Source: an uncultured Pseudomonadales bacterium
GTDB lineage: Bacteria > Patescibacteriota > Microgenomatia > UBA1400 > RBG-16-45-19
DNA length: 64,000 bases
Assembly (NCBI GenBank): GCA_964441155.1
Contig: CAYYKL010000002.1
Coordinates: 58,414 to 122,413, forward strand
Direction of reading: 5' to 3'
Shown here: one piece after another, positions 37,619-48,210 of the stretch
Layout: each line of letters starts with the position of its first letter
How positions within the stretch are numbered: the first letter of the stretch is position 1
The notes under the pieces: model-generated
Databases searched by the model: none
Seen by the model: only the letters and a program-made list of their open reading frames with translations
Told to the model about the DNA's origin: nothing
Program-made: the position numbers and the translations under genes

Positions 37619-37672
37619 TATGTTGCAAAAACTCAAAAGTTATCATGACTTTTAGTGGTCACCTGAAGTCAT

Positions 37673-39460
37673 TTAATACAGCTCGTATTCGCTCAACAAT
37701 TTTTTGTTACCTTCAACCTGGTATTGCAATAGTTCAGCATACAAACCATCTCGTTTGGCAAGTTCTCGTGGCTTGCCGGCATCAGCGATTGTGCCTTTAT
37801 CAAGCACAATGATGCGATCAACATTTTGAATCGTTGAAAAGCGATGCGCGATAATGATAACCAAGCGGTTTTGATAGAGCTTTTCCAAAGCATCTTGCAC
37901 CAAGCGCTCAGACTTTGAATCAAGACTACTGGTTGCCTCATCCAGAATCAGAACAGGCTTGTTGTGTAGAATTGCTCGAGCAATTTGAATCCGTTGTTTT
38001 TGCCCACCCGAAAGCTTGACCCCACGTTCACCAATTTGAGCGTCTAAGCCCTCTTTATATTTTTTAACAAACTCAGAAGCATTTGCTTGATCTAATGCTT
38101 TCCAAATCTCTTTGTCGCTAGCCTGCTCAACGCCATAGGCCACATTCTCACGAATAGTGGAAGAAAAAAGTTCATTGTCTTGAAAAACGAGTGCCACATG
38201 ATCACGAATCCAAGCATGGCTTGAGGTGGTGTATGATTTACCCGACAGCGTGATTGCGCCCGAGGTTGGCTCATAGAGTTTTAAGATGAGATTAATAAGC
38301 GTTGTTTTACCTGCACCCGAGTGTCCAACCAATGCCACCGTTTCCTGTCGATCCAAATGAATATTAATATTTTTTAGTACGGGCTCATCATCTTCGTAGG
38401 CAAAAGACACGTTTTGCATTTCAATCCGTGGATCTGCAACCAGCTTGGCTAACTTTTTGGTGTGAAACTGCTCACTCCCCTCAAGTGCTAATACTTCAAA
38501 GAACGCTTTGGAATCGGCCTCTGCTCGCTGGACTTGCTCCAAGATGTAGCTCATGCCATAGAGCGGCCAGCGCAATTGATTTAAAAGCTGAATAATTAAA
38601 ACCATTTCACCCAAAGTTAGTTGACCCAAGAAAGTCCCACGGAAGATGAGAAAAAGAATCAACACAAAGGCAATTTCTAAACCAAACTCACGAATAAAGT
38701 TGAGCACGTGATACAAGGTTGATTGGCGGTCATACAACTTGTTGATAATTTCGTATTTACTTGAGACATAACCCCATTCTTTGGGTTGCGTGTTGTAGGT
38801 TTTAACCAAGGTAATATTGCTAATTACTTCTTGAATGCGCCCTCGTGTTGCATCTTCATGAATGTTTTTCTTTTCTTGGATTTGACCCCATTTACGCGTT
38901 GAGTAACTGGAAATGGCGATATAGGCAGGGAAAACAGACAGCGCCAATAAACCAATTTTTATATCGAAGTAGCTTAATACGGCAATACCAAATATTGCCT
39001 GTAAAATGGCGGGCAAAATAAAATTGGTGGCTGAGCCAACAAACTCGCGAATCGAGTTAATTCCCCGATTAAGTTGATTTACCATTTTGCCAGATATTTC
39101 GGAGTCAAAATATTTCTGTGGCAGAGTAAAAATTTTGCGATAGTAAATCTCCGTGAGATAGCGACCCAGTCGAGAAGCAATATGATCACCTAAACGCTGG
39201 TTGATGGAGTTTAATAAGACCCCGCCCAAATTAATGAGCAAGATGAAAATAAATAAAAGTGAGAGTGTTTGAAAATTCCCGGTACCGGTTGAGATTTGAT
39301 TGGATAATTCATCAACAACGTATTTAAGTGTAATTGGCGTGGCTTGCTGCAACACCGCTTGAATAAGAATAAGCAGCGACGCCACCACAATCCATTTATG
39401 CTGGGGTTTGGAAAGCTTGATAATGTTAAAAATATTTTTCATAAATAACTTACGAATCAC
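37673..39460 (-). CDS. ABC transporter, fused permease/ATP-binding type I exporter (MsbA/LmrA-like)
   Basis: 6-TM N-domain; Walker A GHSGAGKTT, signature LSGGQKQRIQIARA, Walker B LILDEATSSLD, H-loop IAHRFS. Confidence 0.9.
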   Translation of the reverse strand: MIRKLFMKNIFNIIKLSKPQHKWIVVASLLILIQAVLQQATPITLKYVVDELSNQISTGTGNFQTLSLLFIFILLINLGGVLLNSINQRLGDHIASRLGRYLTEIYYRKIFTLPQKYFDSEISGKMVNQLNRGINSIREFVGSATNFILPAILQAIFGIAVLSYFDIKIGLLALSVFPAYIAISSYSTRKWGQIQEKKNIHEDATRGRIQEVISNITLVKTYNTQPKEWGYVSSKYEIINKLYDRQSTLYHVLNFIREFGLEIAFVLILFLIFRGTFLGQLTLGEMVLIIQLLNQLRWPLYGMSYILEQVQRAEADSKAFFEVLALEGSEQFHTKKLAKLVADPRIEMQNVSFAYEDDEPVLKNINIHLDRQETVALVGHSGAGKTTLINLILKLYEPTSGAITLSGKSYTTSSHAWIRDHVALVFQDNELFSSTIRENVAYGVEQASDKEIWKALDQANASEFVKKYKEGLDAQIGERGVKLSGGQKQRIQIARAILHNKPVLILDEATSSLDSKSERLVQDALEKLYQNRLVIIIAHRFSTIQNVDRIIVLDKGTIADAGKPRELAKRDGLYAELLQYQVEGNKKLLSEYELY

Positions 39461-39520
39461 TAATTATGATTCGGGTATCGTAACAGAAATATGAGCTTGA
39501 TTTCTAGATTGCAACCCAAC

Positions 39521-39868
39521 TTAAGAGATTGCTTGTTGCTTTTGATGCGTCTCTCCCCATTCTCCAAGTGCTGCTAATACTTGATTGAGTGAATTGCCAT
39601 GAGCAGTGATGGAATATTCAACTTTGGGGGGAATCTGCGCGTAGACTTTGCGACTAACCAGATTGTCGCTTTCCATTTCGCGCAATTGCTGGGTGAGCAT
39701 TTTTTGCGTGATCCCTGGTATTTTTTTAGTGAGCTCGCTGAAGCGCAATGTTCCCTGGGTCAAATGCCACAAGATTATGAGCTTCCATTTACCACCCACA
39801 ACACCAATGGTTGTAGTTACGGGACAGACAGCATGCATTAATTCTTGAGAATTACTTACTTTATTCAT
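39521..39868 (-). CDS. HxlR-family winged-helix transcriptional regulator
   Basis: CPV...GGKWKLIILWHL..G..RFSEL.K.IPGITQKMLTQQLREME.DNLVSRKVY pattern of the HxlR HTH. Start chosen at the internal ATG (MNKV) giving 115 aa; start uncertain. Confidence 0.7.
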   Translation of the reverse strand: MNKVSNSQELMHAVCPVTTTIGVVGGKWKLIILWHLTQGTLRFSELTKKIPGITQKMLTQQLREMESDNLVSRKVYAQIPPKVEYSITAHGNSLNQVLAALGEWGETHQKQQAIS

Positions 39869-39999
39869 AGTATAGATCTTTATTGTGTGTACTTGTTTAA
39901 ATAATTGCCTGTTCCTATTATACAGCAGGTTTGACATCAATCGAAGTGCTTACGTTGATTTACAAACACGATAGATTAATTCGGTAACAAGCGGGAGAT

Positions 40000-40581
40000 A
40001 TGCTTATGACGACGATTAAAATTTTGACCGGCTCAACTCGCCCAGGTCGATTTAACATACAACCCGCCACGTGGATTTATGAACTAGCCAAGCAACGAAA
40101 AGACATTGCGGTGGAACTTATTGATTTAGAAACGATAAATTTGCCTTTTTATGACGAACCAGTTCCTGCCCTCATGCACCAATATGTGCATGAGCACACC
40201 AAGCAATGGGCGCAATCCATTGGCTCCACCGATGGATTTATTTTTGTGACACCAGAATATAATCATTCGTACTCCCCCGTTCTCAAAAATGCCATCGATT
40301 ATCTTAATCTTGAATGGAACTACAAACCTGTCTCATACGTAAGCTATGGCTCACTTGCTGGAGGGTCAAGAGCAGTTGAACATTTGCGCGGCGTTGCTGC
40401 AGAACTGAAGATGTATGACTTAAAAGAACAAATTCTGTTTCCTAACTATTGGGAAAATTTGGACGAAAAAGGCTTTTTCAATTTCACTAAGAGCCATGAA
40501 GAACAAGCTAATGCTCTACTTGAATCTCTCTCTTTCTGGGCAAATATTATGAAAAATGCTCGAGCTTCACTCAAAAAATAA
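40000..40581 (+). CDS. NADPH-dependent FMN reductase-family flavoprotein
   Basis: Flavodoxin-like fold motifs: ILTGSTRPGRFN (N-terminal phosphate loop) and FVTPEYNHSYSPVLKNAIDYL. Confidence 0.7.
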   Translation: MLMTTIKILTGSTRPGRFNIQPATWIYELAKQRKDIAVELIDLETINLPFYDEPVPALMHQYVHEHTKQWAQSIGSTDGFIFVTPEYNHSYSPVLKNAIDYLNLEWNYKPVSYVSYGSLAGGSRAVEHLRGVAAELKMYDLKEQILFPNYWENLDEKGFFNFTKSHEEQANALLESLSFWANIMKNARASLKK

Positions 40582-40758
40582 TCAACAATGATCTTAGCTG
40601 ACTATGTTGATTCAATTTGATACGATGCATCTACTACGAACAAAAACGCTCTATCCTTCAATCTTGTAGCGCAAAAGTTTCTCCTTGTCTTAGAGCTTTC
40701 ATTTATTGCAGTTATTGTACTTAAAGACGTTTTTATTCCAACTCTTGCACTGCTAATC

Positions 40759-41310
40759 ATGGCCTTTGTGTCATTTTTGGTAAGTAAAAAATCGTTTGAA
40801 CACCTGGGTTTCAGAAGAAGCCCTCAGTGGAAATCTATGGCTGCGCAAGTGTTTGGACTGATGGTGGTGTGGAGCATCATAACGCTTGGTGTCACAATTC
40901 CTGTGTTGCACTGGCTCACCGGCCAAAACCAAGATTTGAGTGCATTTCTCAATCTCAAGGGAAATGTGCCGCAATTGTTTGGCTTTTTACTTGCAAGTTG
41001 GACGCTTGCGGCTCTAGGCGAAGAGTTTGTTTATCGTGGATATATGCAGCAGAAAGTGAAGGAGTTGTTTGGAAATACATTTTTGGTTGGGGTGATTTCA
41101 GTTGTGTTTTCCAGTGTACTTTTTGGCTTAGCACACACTGAACAAGGATTGATTGGCGTGTGCATCACCTTTCTTGACGCCGTATGGTTTAGCGTCATTA
41201 AAAGGCACTATCAGAATAATCTATGGGCGGCAGTATTAGCGCATGGGTTTAGCAACTCAATTGGAATTATTTGGTTCTTCTTCTTCGGTCCCATTTATTC
41301 ATTTTGGTAA
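40759..41310 (+). CDS. CPBP-family intramembrane metalloprotease (CAAX protease/Abi-like)
   Basis: Motif 1 LGEEFVYRGY (EExxxR), motif 2 FGLAHT, motif 3 HGFSN, embedded in TM helices. Confidence 0.75.
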   Translation: MAFVSFLVSKKSFEHLGFRRSPQWKSMAAQVFGLMVVWSIITLGVTIPVLHWLTGQNQDLSAFLNLKGNVPQLFGFLLASWTLAALGEEFVYRGYMQQKVKELFGNTFLVGVISVVFSSVLFGLAHTEQGLIGVCITFLDAVWFSVIKRHYQNNLWAAVLAHGFSNSIGIIWFFFFGPIYSFW

Positions 41311-41315
41311 ATAAT

Positions 41316-41789
41316 TCATCTATTAAACTGACCAACTTGTTTGCGCCTCAATAATAACAATAGCGCAAATAATCCATTGGCGAAAAACCAAGTGATGGGA
41401 TACAAAGCAGTTATCAGCGAATACTGTTGCAGGGCAAGAATTCCTAATGCAAAGCGAAACGAATTAAGGAAATAAAATGACAAGGTTTCGGAATGGGGAT
41501 TATGCCACGATTTTCGTATGGTTGGGGCAAATCCAAGCACGTCAATGAGCGTGGTGAGCAGCGCCGACCACACCGGTTGTTTGGCAAAAACCCACAATCC
41601 CAAGGCAACAAAAGCCAGGACGAGAAACACCGTATCAATGGTAACGATTTTGACGGTTGATTTCTTAATGAACCCAAGTATAAACACACCGCCGCACATG
41701 AGCCCGGCTGCCAGGGTTACTAATGAACCAATCCCAGCACCACCACTCCATTGCAGAGCGAAAGCAATCAGTGTCACAAAGCACCACAA
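41316..41789 (-). CDS. Hypothetical integral membrane protein (5 TM)
   Basis: Hydrophobic 157-aa ORF convergent with the CPBP gene (5-nt gap). Confidence 0.35.
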   Translation of the reverse strand: MWCFVTLIAFALQWSGGAGIGSLVTLAAGLMCGGVFILGFIKKSTVKIVTIDTVFLVLAFVALGLWVFAKQPVWSALLTTLIDVLGFAPTIRKSWHNPHSETLSFYFLNSFRFALGILALQQYSLITALYPITWFFANGLFALLLLLRRKQVGQFNR

Positions 41790-41956
41790 AAACTAACTGT
41801 AGAGGTGAGGCTTGGTTTTTCCGTTTATCACATCGCGGACATACGGTGCATACCCCACAAAAACTAAAACCGTGGCGATAATTCCGAGAATGTTTTTTAG
41901 GTCGTACATAGCAGGTTATGTCGAAGCACTAATTACCATTAAGATTTGAGAATACT

Positions 41957-43114
41957 TCATGAGGATTCTATTTTCTTTAAGGCTGTTAAGTAGTCTGCTT
42001 TTTTAACTCCGAGCGAAATGAGTTCAGATTCAATTAATTGAATTAGGTCTTCAATTCCCTGAATTTCTTTAGCACTGATAAAAAGGAGTTTGGAATCTTG
42101 ATATGAAACTTTAAGTAATTCTTCTGTCTCTTTTGATATAATATCACGCTTATTAAAGACTAATATTTGGGGAATTTCGCTTACGCGCAAGTCCACCAGA
42201 ATCTCCTGAACCGTTGCAATCTTCAAATGCACATCGGGATCCGCTGCATCAATCACATGCAACAACAGATCAGCATGCACCGTTTCTAAAAGTGTTGATT
42301 GAAAGGCTTCGATGAGTGTAGTGGGCAGATCTTGGATAAAACCAATGGTATCTGAAATGAATACGTTTTTGCCAATTTTAGGCAAATACAAACTACTCAC
42401 ACTACTATCCAGTGTGGCAAACAGGGCATCCTGCGCTTTGTCTTGCTTTTTACTCAATGCATTAAAAAGAGACGTTTTGCCTGCATTTGTGTAACCGATA
42501 ATAGACACTGTCGGTAGTTGTAGCTTTTTTCTTTGAGTCATTTGTCCCTGTCTGTTTTCGTTTACTTTTGCGAGCTTTGCTTCAATGGTTTTGATTTCTC
42601 CTCTCCAATGACGGCGCATCATTTCACTCTGCGTTTCACCGAGTCCTCTGGTTCCAATTCCGCCACCTTGCTGCGACATGCCCAAGCCTGCGCCACTCAA
42701 TTCTGGTCCTCTGCTTTTGAGACGAGCTAATTCAATTTGTAGCTTAGCTTCAGCCGTGTACGCATGCTTTCTAAAAATGTGCAAAATCAATTGGGTTCTA
42801 TCCCACACCTCTCCAGGTGAATCAGGATATATTGCACTTTTAAGCGCGAACAATTGACTGGCTTTGAGATGGTGGTTCACGACAACAATAACAATTTGTT
42901 GAGCATCAACAAGTTTTTTTATTTCTTCCACTTTTCCTGAGCCAATGAAGGTCGCCCCACTGCGATGGCGCATGTGCTGTGTCAATACAATCTCGGTTTT
43001 GGCACCAAATGTTTCGAGCAATTGAACCGCTTCCTTCAGACTTGATTCCTGTTTTGCTCTCTCAATGTCGTCATCGATCATGCCGATAACAAGGGCTTTT
43101 TGCATATGGTTCAT
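41957..43114 (-). CDS. hflX: GTPase HflX
   Basis: HflX N-domain followed by G-domain: G1 GYTNAGKTSLFNAL, G3 DTIGF, G4 NKRD. Confidence 0.88.
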   Translation of the reverse strand: MNHMQKALVIGMIDDDIERAKQESSLKEAVQLLETFGAKTEIVLTQHMRHRSGATFIGSGKVEEIKKLVDAQQIVIVVVNHHLKASQLFALKSAIYPDSPGEVWDRTQLILHIFRKHAYTAEAKLQIELARLKSRGPELSGAGLGMSQQGGGIGTRGLGETQSEMMRRHWRGEIKTIEAKLAKVNENRQGQMTQRKKLQLPTVSIIGYTNAGKTSLFNALSKKQDKAQDALFATLDSSVSSLYLPKIGKNVFISDTIGFIQDLPTTLIEAFQSTLLETVHADLLLHVIDAADPDVHLKIATVQEILVDLRVSEIPQILVFNKRDIISKETEELLKVSYQDSKLLFISAKEIQGIEDLIQLIESELISLGVKKADYLTALKKIESS

Positions 43115-43164
43115 GACTATAATTCTAGACTATCTTTGCAATAGCCTAGCCGTTTTTAAATGGT

Positions 43165-44691
43165 TCATTGCTTTCGCGATAGCTCATATAAGGTTAAGAG
43201 TGGATAGTTTTCTTTGGAAACCACGACTCGGGCATGAAGTGTTTGAAGATATGGAAAAAGGATTGCTTTTTTGGGATTACCTTTAGTCAAGACATGAATG
43301 TGCTGACCATCATATTGCCAGTATGGCGCAGTCATAGCTTGTTGGCTTATATACACTCGCCTATCTTTATTCAAATGAGCCTCAATAGTCTCTTGAATTT
43401 CTAGTCCATTAAAACTGTGTAAAAATATAGCTGACGTGTCATCGAGCTGAGGTCGTTGCGTATCAGACAAAATAAGTACAGATTCCGGAAGATTCGGCAA
43501 TTGCTCAATCATCGTTCGCTGAATTTCTGGAATGGGCACGCGGCGATAGGCACTCATAGTATGTGTAGTCATCAGCAAAACACTCACGAATACGAGCCCG
43601 AAAGCTTTGCGCGGCAAAAATGCTGTCAGCAATGCAATAACAAGTCCGATTGCCGCCACAAACCGTCCATAAAGACCGCCGTAGTAGAACCCATTTGCTC
43701 CGACATAGGTCATTAAAAGCAACATCAATAAACCGAGCTCGTACCAGCGTCGCTGTAACCACAGCTTAACCGCACTAATCCATGCAACCACCACTGCGAG
43801 GGGTGAATAGCCAAAGATTACGACTACTAACCCATTGCGAATTGAGCGCAAAATACCAAAAGGAGTCAACAAAGCTTTTATTTGAGTTGCTTCTGTATAT
43901 AAATTTGAGATTCGCTGATGTGCATCCCCAAGTCCTCGAATCGTGATAGCCTGAGAAGCAGTGATTGCAATTACCAGGCTCGCAAATATCATGATGATTA
44001 ATTGAGAAAGTTTTTTAGGAATTTTTTCGAGATGAGCAACTAAAAGCCACAACACCACAAATACGGGCAGCCAAACTAGCATTGCCAAACTATTTACGAG
44101 CATAGAGCTTATTGCTCCGACTCCAACGCAGTAATACCACCAGCTCCGAGTTCGGACATGCAATGCTATTGCCAACAATCCGCCAAGCATCAAGGTCAAG
44201 TCAATTGATTCATGCAATGCGTTCGTCTGAAGCAAGATCGTTTGATTGAACGCCAACCACACAAGACTTGCTTTAAATGCAACCTGCTTGTCCCAAATAA
44301 TTGCAGTCATCGAATACCACATGAGCAAAGATAACAAACCAAACAAAGCACTCAGCGCACTAAGACTAATAACTCCAGGATTCAGATCCCAAGCCCGTTG
44401 GGTAAGAAATAGATAGATTGGGTGAAGTAAATTGTGAGCTGAGGCAATCGATATCCAGAAAGCATTTTGTGCTTCACGTACATATTCAGGTGAATCGTAA
44501 AAGTGGGGGTATGAAGATAAAAAAAAGAACCGCGATACGCAATAAAGTCCAACAAGCAATAGCAGTTCAAGCCGCCATAATTGAGTAGAATTATTCCTTA
44601 ATGTAGATATTCCCCAACTTGCTTCTAAGAACAACTTAATTCGATTGATGTAGTAATTCTTAAAAACAATCACTTTTTTACCCAGATGCAT
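43165..44691 (-). CDS. Polytopic membrane protein, GT-C-fold glycosyltransferase-like (PMT/ArnT/DUF2723-like)
   Basis: 508 aa, more than 10 TM. The first extracytoplasmic loop carries FYDSPEY, reminiscent of the Dx(E)Y motif of GT-C mannosyl/arabinosyl-transferases. Tentative. Confidence 0.35.
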   Translation of the reverse strand: MHLGKKVIVFKNYYINRIKLFLEASWGISTLRNNSTQLWRLELLLLVGLYCVSRFFFLSSYPHFYDSPEYVREAQNAFWISIASAHNLLHPIYLFLTQRAWDLNPGVISLSALSALFGLLSLLMWYSMTAIIWDKQVAFKASLVWLAFNQTILLQTNALHESIDLTLMLGGLLAIALHVRTRSWWYYCVGVGAISSMLVNSLAMLVWLPVFVVLWLLVAHLEKIPKKLSQLIIMIFASLVIAITASQAITIRGLGDAHQRISNLYTEATQIKALLTPFGILRSIRNGLVVVIFGYSPLAVVVAWISAVKLWLQRRWYELGLLMLLLMTYVGANGFYYGGLYGRFVAAIGLVIALLTAFLPRKAFGLVFVSVLLMTTHTMSAYRRVPIPEIQRTMIEQLPNLPESVLILSDTQRPQLDDTSAIFLHSFNGLEIQETIEAHLNKDRRVYISQQAMTAPYWQYDGQHIHVLTKGNPKKAILFPYLQTLHARVVVSKENYPLLTLYELSRKQ

Positions 44692-44796
44692 ATATGTCTA
44701 TTCTAGTCTTCGAAGCCTCAAGAAATCGATGAAGCATCAGACAAAGCAAAAATAAATTACTTATTAATTTATGAGCTATTTAATGCAGCGGAAAAG

Positions 44797-45306
44797 TTAC
44801 AAGTCTGAAGAATTTCCCTTGGGCAAGGATTCGCAGGCTTCGCCATCTTTGTCGCCATCGAGGCGATTAATGTCATTGCCAGCTCCACCCACTTTTTCAA
44901 AAAACGATTGAGATTCTGGCTGAGTATCGAAGTCTTCACAATTATAGTCATCGGCTTTTTTGCCAATCGAGCCATCGGTCGTGATATTGCCCATCTTGTC
45001 AAACAGAATGTTCCCACTCTCGTCACGAGAAACTTTTGACTCTTCAAATGATTTAGTGTTCCACAGCTGCCCCAGATCCCAATCATTCTGAGATGCTTCT
45101 AAGCCAAATGCTGCCAAAAGTGCGATAAACGCAATTGCCAGAGCAATCCGAGCTTTTTCCCAGAGCACAAACATAACGGCCACAATAGCCATAAGCACCA
45201 AGATTAACGCCAAGCGGAAATTTCGATTATAGCGAAGTTTTTTAAGGGTCGAAGGACCCTCTTTTTTCTCTGACGTCTTTTCTTGTTTTGTTTCGTCGTC
45301 TTCCAT
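44797..45306 (-). CDS. Membrane-anchored protein with C-terminal Excalibur (extracellular calcium-binding) domain
   Basis: Acidic N-terminus, one TM, and C-terminal [14 protein letters not shown]...[20 protein letters not shown] (DxDxDGxxCE loop of the Excalibur domain). Confidence 0.65.
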   Translation of the reverse strand: MEDDETKQEKTSEKKEGPSTLKKLRYNRNFRLALILVLMAIVAVMFVLWEKARIALAIAFIALLAAFGLEASQNDWDLGQLWNTKSFEESKVSRDESGNILFDKMGNITTDGSIGKKADDYNCEDFDTQPESQSFFEKVGGAGNDINRLDGDKDGEACESLPKGNSSDL

Positions 45307-45346
45307 AGATTAATTGTTAGTATACGCTTAGTTGAGCGAAGTTCAA

Positions 45347-46591
45347 TTAGGCATAACGATTCTTGGCGGCAAGTAATATGCCTACTACCAACCAAAAATA
45401 CATTTCTTGCGCGATTGAGATCACATTCGTTTGACTGTGAAGAAGAAATAATCCAAAAGTTGCAAGCAGCGTCATCCAAAATTGTTTTGACTCTCCGAAA
45501 GAGCGCACACCTTGTCGCATAAACGTTTTAAACATTGAAATAATGATGAGTAAATAAGCTATACAACCCATTATTCCTGTGGTCACTAAATGCTCGAGCA
45601 CATGTCCGTGAGCTTTATCGACATAGACATCAAAACGCATGGGATATGGCCATACGGCAGCGCTAAAAGCAGCATCTGCATTCGCCCACCCATAACCAAG
45701 CATGAGTCGCTCCAGCCAGCCAAGCAACATCTTTCGATATATTCGCTCTCGGCTTTCGGCTACCATGGTTAGCATCATATCCCCCGTATCGTGAGCTATG
45801 ATCTTCCATGAAATGAATGCGCCACAAACAATCAGTGCACATGCAATAGTGAATTTTATTTTTCGAGAGAATCGCTCACTGATTGAATAAGCTGTGTACG
45901 CAACAAATATAAGCATGCTCGCTCGAGAATGGGTGAAATATAGTGCACCTCCTAAAAGCGCCCAAGTCATCACTTGCGGTACAATTTTTTTGGGTGCCAG
46001 CAGTCGCACCCCCAGCAGCGAAAGTGGCGCACTGACCAATAGATAGCCCGCTAAAAAATTGGGATTGCCAAAAACCCAACCAATATCGCCATTCCAATTG
46101 GCTATTGTAGAGTTTGTTAACAATTGCAATTGCAAGCCCTGCCCAACAATAATGAGCGTGAGTACTATAGTTGTACTAGCAATAGTCTTGACGATTACGT
46201 TTCCCAGATTTTCTCGCCATCCCAAGGCTATTGCCCAAGCAAATGTCATGCAGAAATACAAGGTCAACAAACCATCGCGTCTATAAAAATTGCCTTGCAA
46301 ACTTTTCGAAGGATTTACCCCCACGACACTTGCAAGAATGGCTATGAGCATATAGAGGCCCAACCACCAAACCAATTGTCCTTTGGGTGCTACTCTTTTT
46401 TGCACCAGTGCCGCACAAAAAAGTATTGCTGACCAACCATAGAAAAAATACACGCGAGGAATTTCGTAGGGTATTTGGGCAGAGGCATTATGAATAAATG
46501 GCAAAAGTGACAGCCCCACAAGTAACACTAAAGAGAAAAACGAGAGTGAGTGAATTTTTTGAATCAAATTGGTATGGATAAGCTCAAGCAT
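45347..46591 (-). CDS. O-antigen ligase/polymerase-like (Wzy_C family) membrane protein
   Basis: About 11 TM with a periplasmic loop ...ALYFTHSRASMLIF... (characteristic S-R...H region of Wzy_C/WaaL-type proteins). Confidence 0.6.
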   Translation of the reverse strand: MLELIHTNLIQKIHSLSFFSLVLLVGLSLLPFIHNASAQIPYEIPRVYFFYGWSAILFCAALVQKRVAPKGQLVWWLGLYMLIAILASVVGVNPSKSLQGNFYRRDGLLTLYFCMTFAWAIALGWRENLGNVIVKTIASTTIVLTLIIVGQGLQLQLLTNSTIANWNGDIGWVFGNPNFLAGYLLVSAPLSLLGVRLLAPKKIVPQVMTWALLGGALYFTHSRASMLIFVAYTAYSISERFSRKIKFTIACALIVCGAFISWKIIAHDTGDMMLTMVAESRERIYRKMLLGWLERLMLGYGWANADAAFSAAVWPYPMRFDVYVDKAHGHVLEHLVTTGIMGCIAYLLIIISMFKTFMRQGVRSFGESKQFWMTLLATFGLFLLHSQTNVISIAQEMYFWLVVGILLAAKNRYA

Positions 46592-46628
46592 ATTGACTTC
46601 ATCTTCTCAGCAAGCGTAGAGTAAATCT

Positions 46629-48206
46629 ATGGCCACCACTCTAGATCTGAATCCGCTGCCACCATCATCTCTTCCCGATCAGGAAAACTTTAACGATACA
46701 CCACAAACAGTCGTCTCTTTTGTTCCGCCTCGTCGCCGTTTTAATTCCCCTCGAAAACTTTTTAACTCCCTCAAGCAACATGGCTTGCCAGGAATTTTAT
46801 TACTCGTTTTGTTGATAAGCCTGCCATTTGCCATTTTTGCCACCTACCAGGAAGTGCGAAATAGATCTCGTGGCATGGAAAACCCAATCACTCCCCCTGT
46901 CACTCCTCCCAACACTCCTCCGATTACTCCAGCGCAAGAAGTTGTAGACTCTCAAACCGGAGAATATTATGATGTTTGGTTCAATGTACAGCCAAGACTA
47001 GTTGAACTTGAAGGATCAGGCCCATCATATGCTGCTCAAGTTGAGCTTTACCTTGGCGGTCCACGATTACAGTCATATGGAAATCTTATTGCTTTAAAGC
47101 AATCATCTGAAAGCCCTTATGCTGAAGATGCGATTATTTTTGTTTTGGATAATTCGCAAAATTGGAATCGCTTCAAAGGAAGCTTTCTAACAACTGGTTC
47201 TGAAAATAATTGTTTAGATTTCTACCATCAGACCAGTGAATACCCGCCAAAATACGTGACAACCATGTGCTATCGATATGGTGTTGTAAGTCCGGGTGAG
47301 CACTATACGACTTATTCTCCAAGTGCCAATCCCTTTGTTGAATTCGACTATGCGGGTGCACAACCATCACTCGTATTTTCCATGTCAACCGCTTTCAATA
47401 AAAGTAATAAACCATCCGGCTATCAAGATGGAGCGCTCATGACCAGAGTAAATTTCTTTACCATTGACAGCGATACCAGCTCATTGAACGACTATGACAA
47501 TGTGAACTACATCATTCAGGGATTAACGAGTGGATTAGACGAGGCACAATATGCGGCGTTGTGTACAAATCCAACCAACCCACAAAAATACTTAAAGTTT
47601 TCCTTGGGTGAAGCAAATCCAAAGCCCGAGGGAGGCAATAGTGATGAGGTAGATGCTAGCGAAGGCGCTTGTGGCTATCGCAAACAATATAATTCTTTCA
47701 GACCCTTCTTCGTCAGTCTCTATGTTGATGGAGGCGTGCCAACACCATATCCCACAACCCTGCCCACACCAACATCAAGCCCCGAGCCCACAGACTTGCC
47801 AACACCAACACCTGAGGTAATTACTCCAACCGCTTACCCCACCGAAACCCCCACACCAACTGAGGTTCCAAGCCCAACCCCAACTCCCCCACCGAATAAT
47901 CTGTTACCCCAGATGATCACAAGTCGGCTCAAAAACGCCACCATCGGCACGCAATACTCAGCCACTATTCGGGGACTCGACCTTGATAGCGATAGAATTA
48001 CGGTTAAGGCTAAGGGCTTACCCCGAGGTATGAGATTAAATCGCTGCAGCACCAAACGAGTGTTATTCGGCTCCACAGTCACATGCACCGTCAGCGGCAC
48101 TCCTGGATCGTCAAGTCGAAATTATGCCGTGGCACTTACGCTCACCGACAGTGAGGGAGGCGTAGCCCAAAAGACTTTAACGCTTAAAGTGCGCCCAGCA
48201 CGATAA
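46629..48206 (+). CDS. Secreted/membrane-anchored surface protein with Pro/Thr-rich linker and C-terminal He_PIG (putative Ig-like) domain
   Basis: N-terminal anchor helix (about aa 50-72). It has PxTPP repeats, a PT-rich linker (PTPTPEVITPTAYPTETPTPTEVPSPTPTPPP) and a C-terminal domain GTQYSATIRG...GLPRGMRLN...GTPGSSSRNYAVALTLTDSEGG.... Confidence 0.55.
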   Translation: MATTLDLNPLPPSSLPDQENFNDTPQTVVSFVPPRRRFNSPRKLFNSLKQHGLPGILLLVLLISLPFAIFATYQEVRNRSRGMENPITPPVTPPNTPPITPAQEVVDSQTGEYYDVWFNVQPRLVELEGSGPSYAAQVELYLGGPRLQSYGNLIALKQSSESPYAEDAIIFVLDNSQNWNRFKGSFLTTGSENNCLDFYHQTSEYPPKYVTTMCYRYGVVSPGEHYTTYSPSANPFVEFDYAGAQPSLVFSMSTAFNKSNKPSGYQDGALMTRVNFFTIDSDTSSLNDYDNVNYIIQGLTSGLDEAQYAALCTNPTNPQKYLKFSLGEANPKPEGGNSDEVDASEGACGYRKQYNSFRPFFVSLYVDGGVPTPYPTTLPTPTSSPEPTDLPTPTPEVITPTAYPTETPTPTEVPSPTPTPPPNNLLPQMITSRLKNATIGTQYSATIRGLDLDSDRITVKAKGLPRGMRLNRCSTKRVLFGSTVTCTVSGTPGSSSRNYAVALTLTDSEGGVAQKTLTLKVRPAR

Positions 48207-48210
48207 GCAT

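Noticed and set aside
47834-48100. 88-aa antisense ORF within the Pro/Thr-rich linker of the surface protein
   Set aside because: Low-complexity shadow ORF generated by the PT-repeat coding sequence on the opposite strand.
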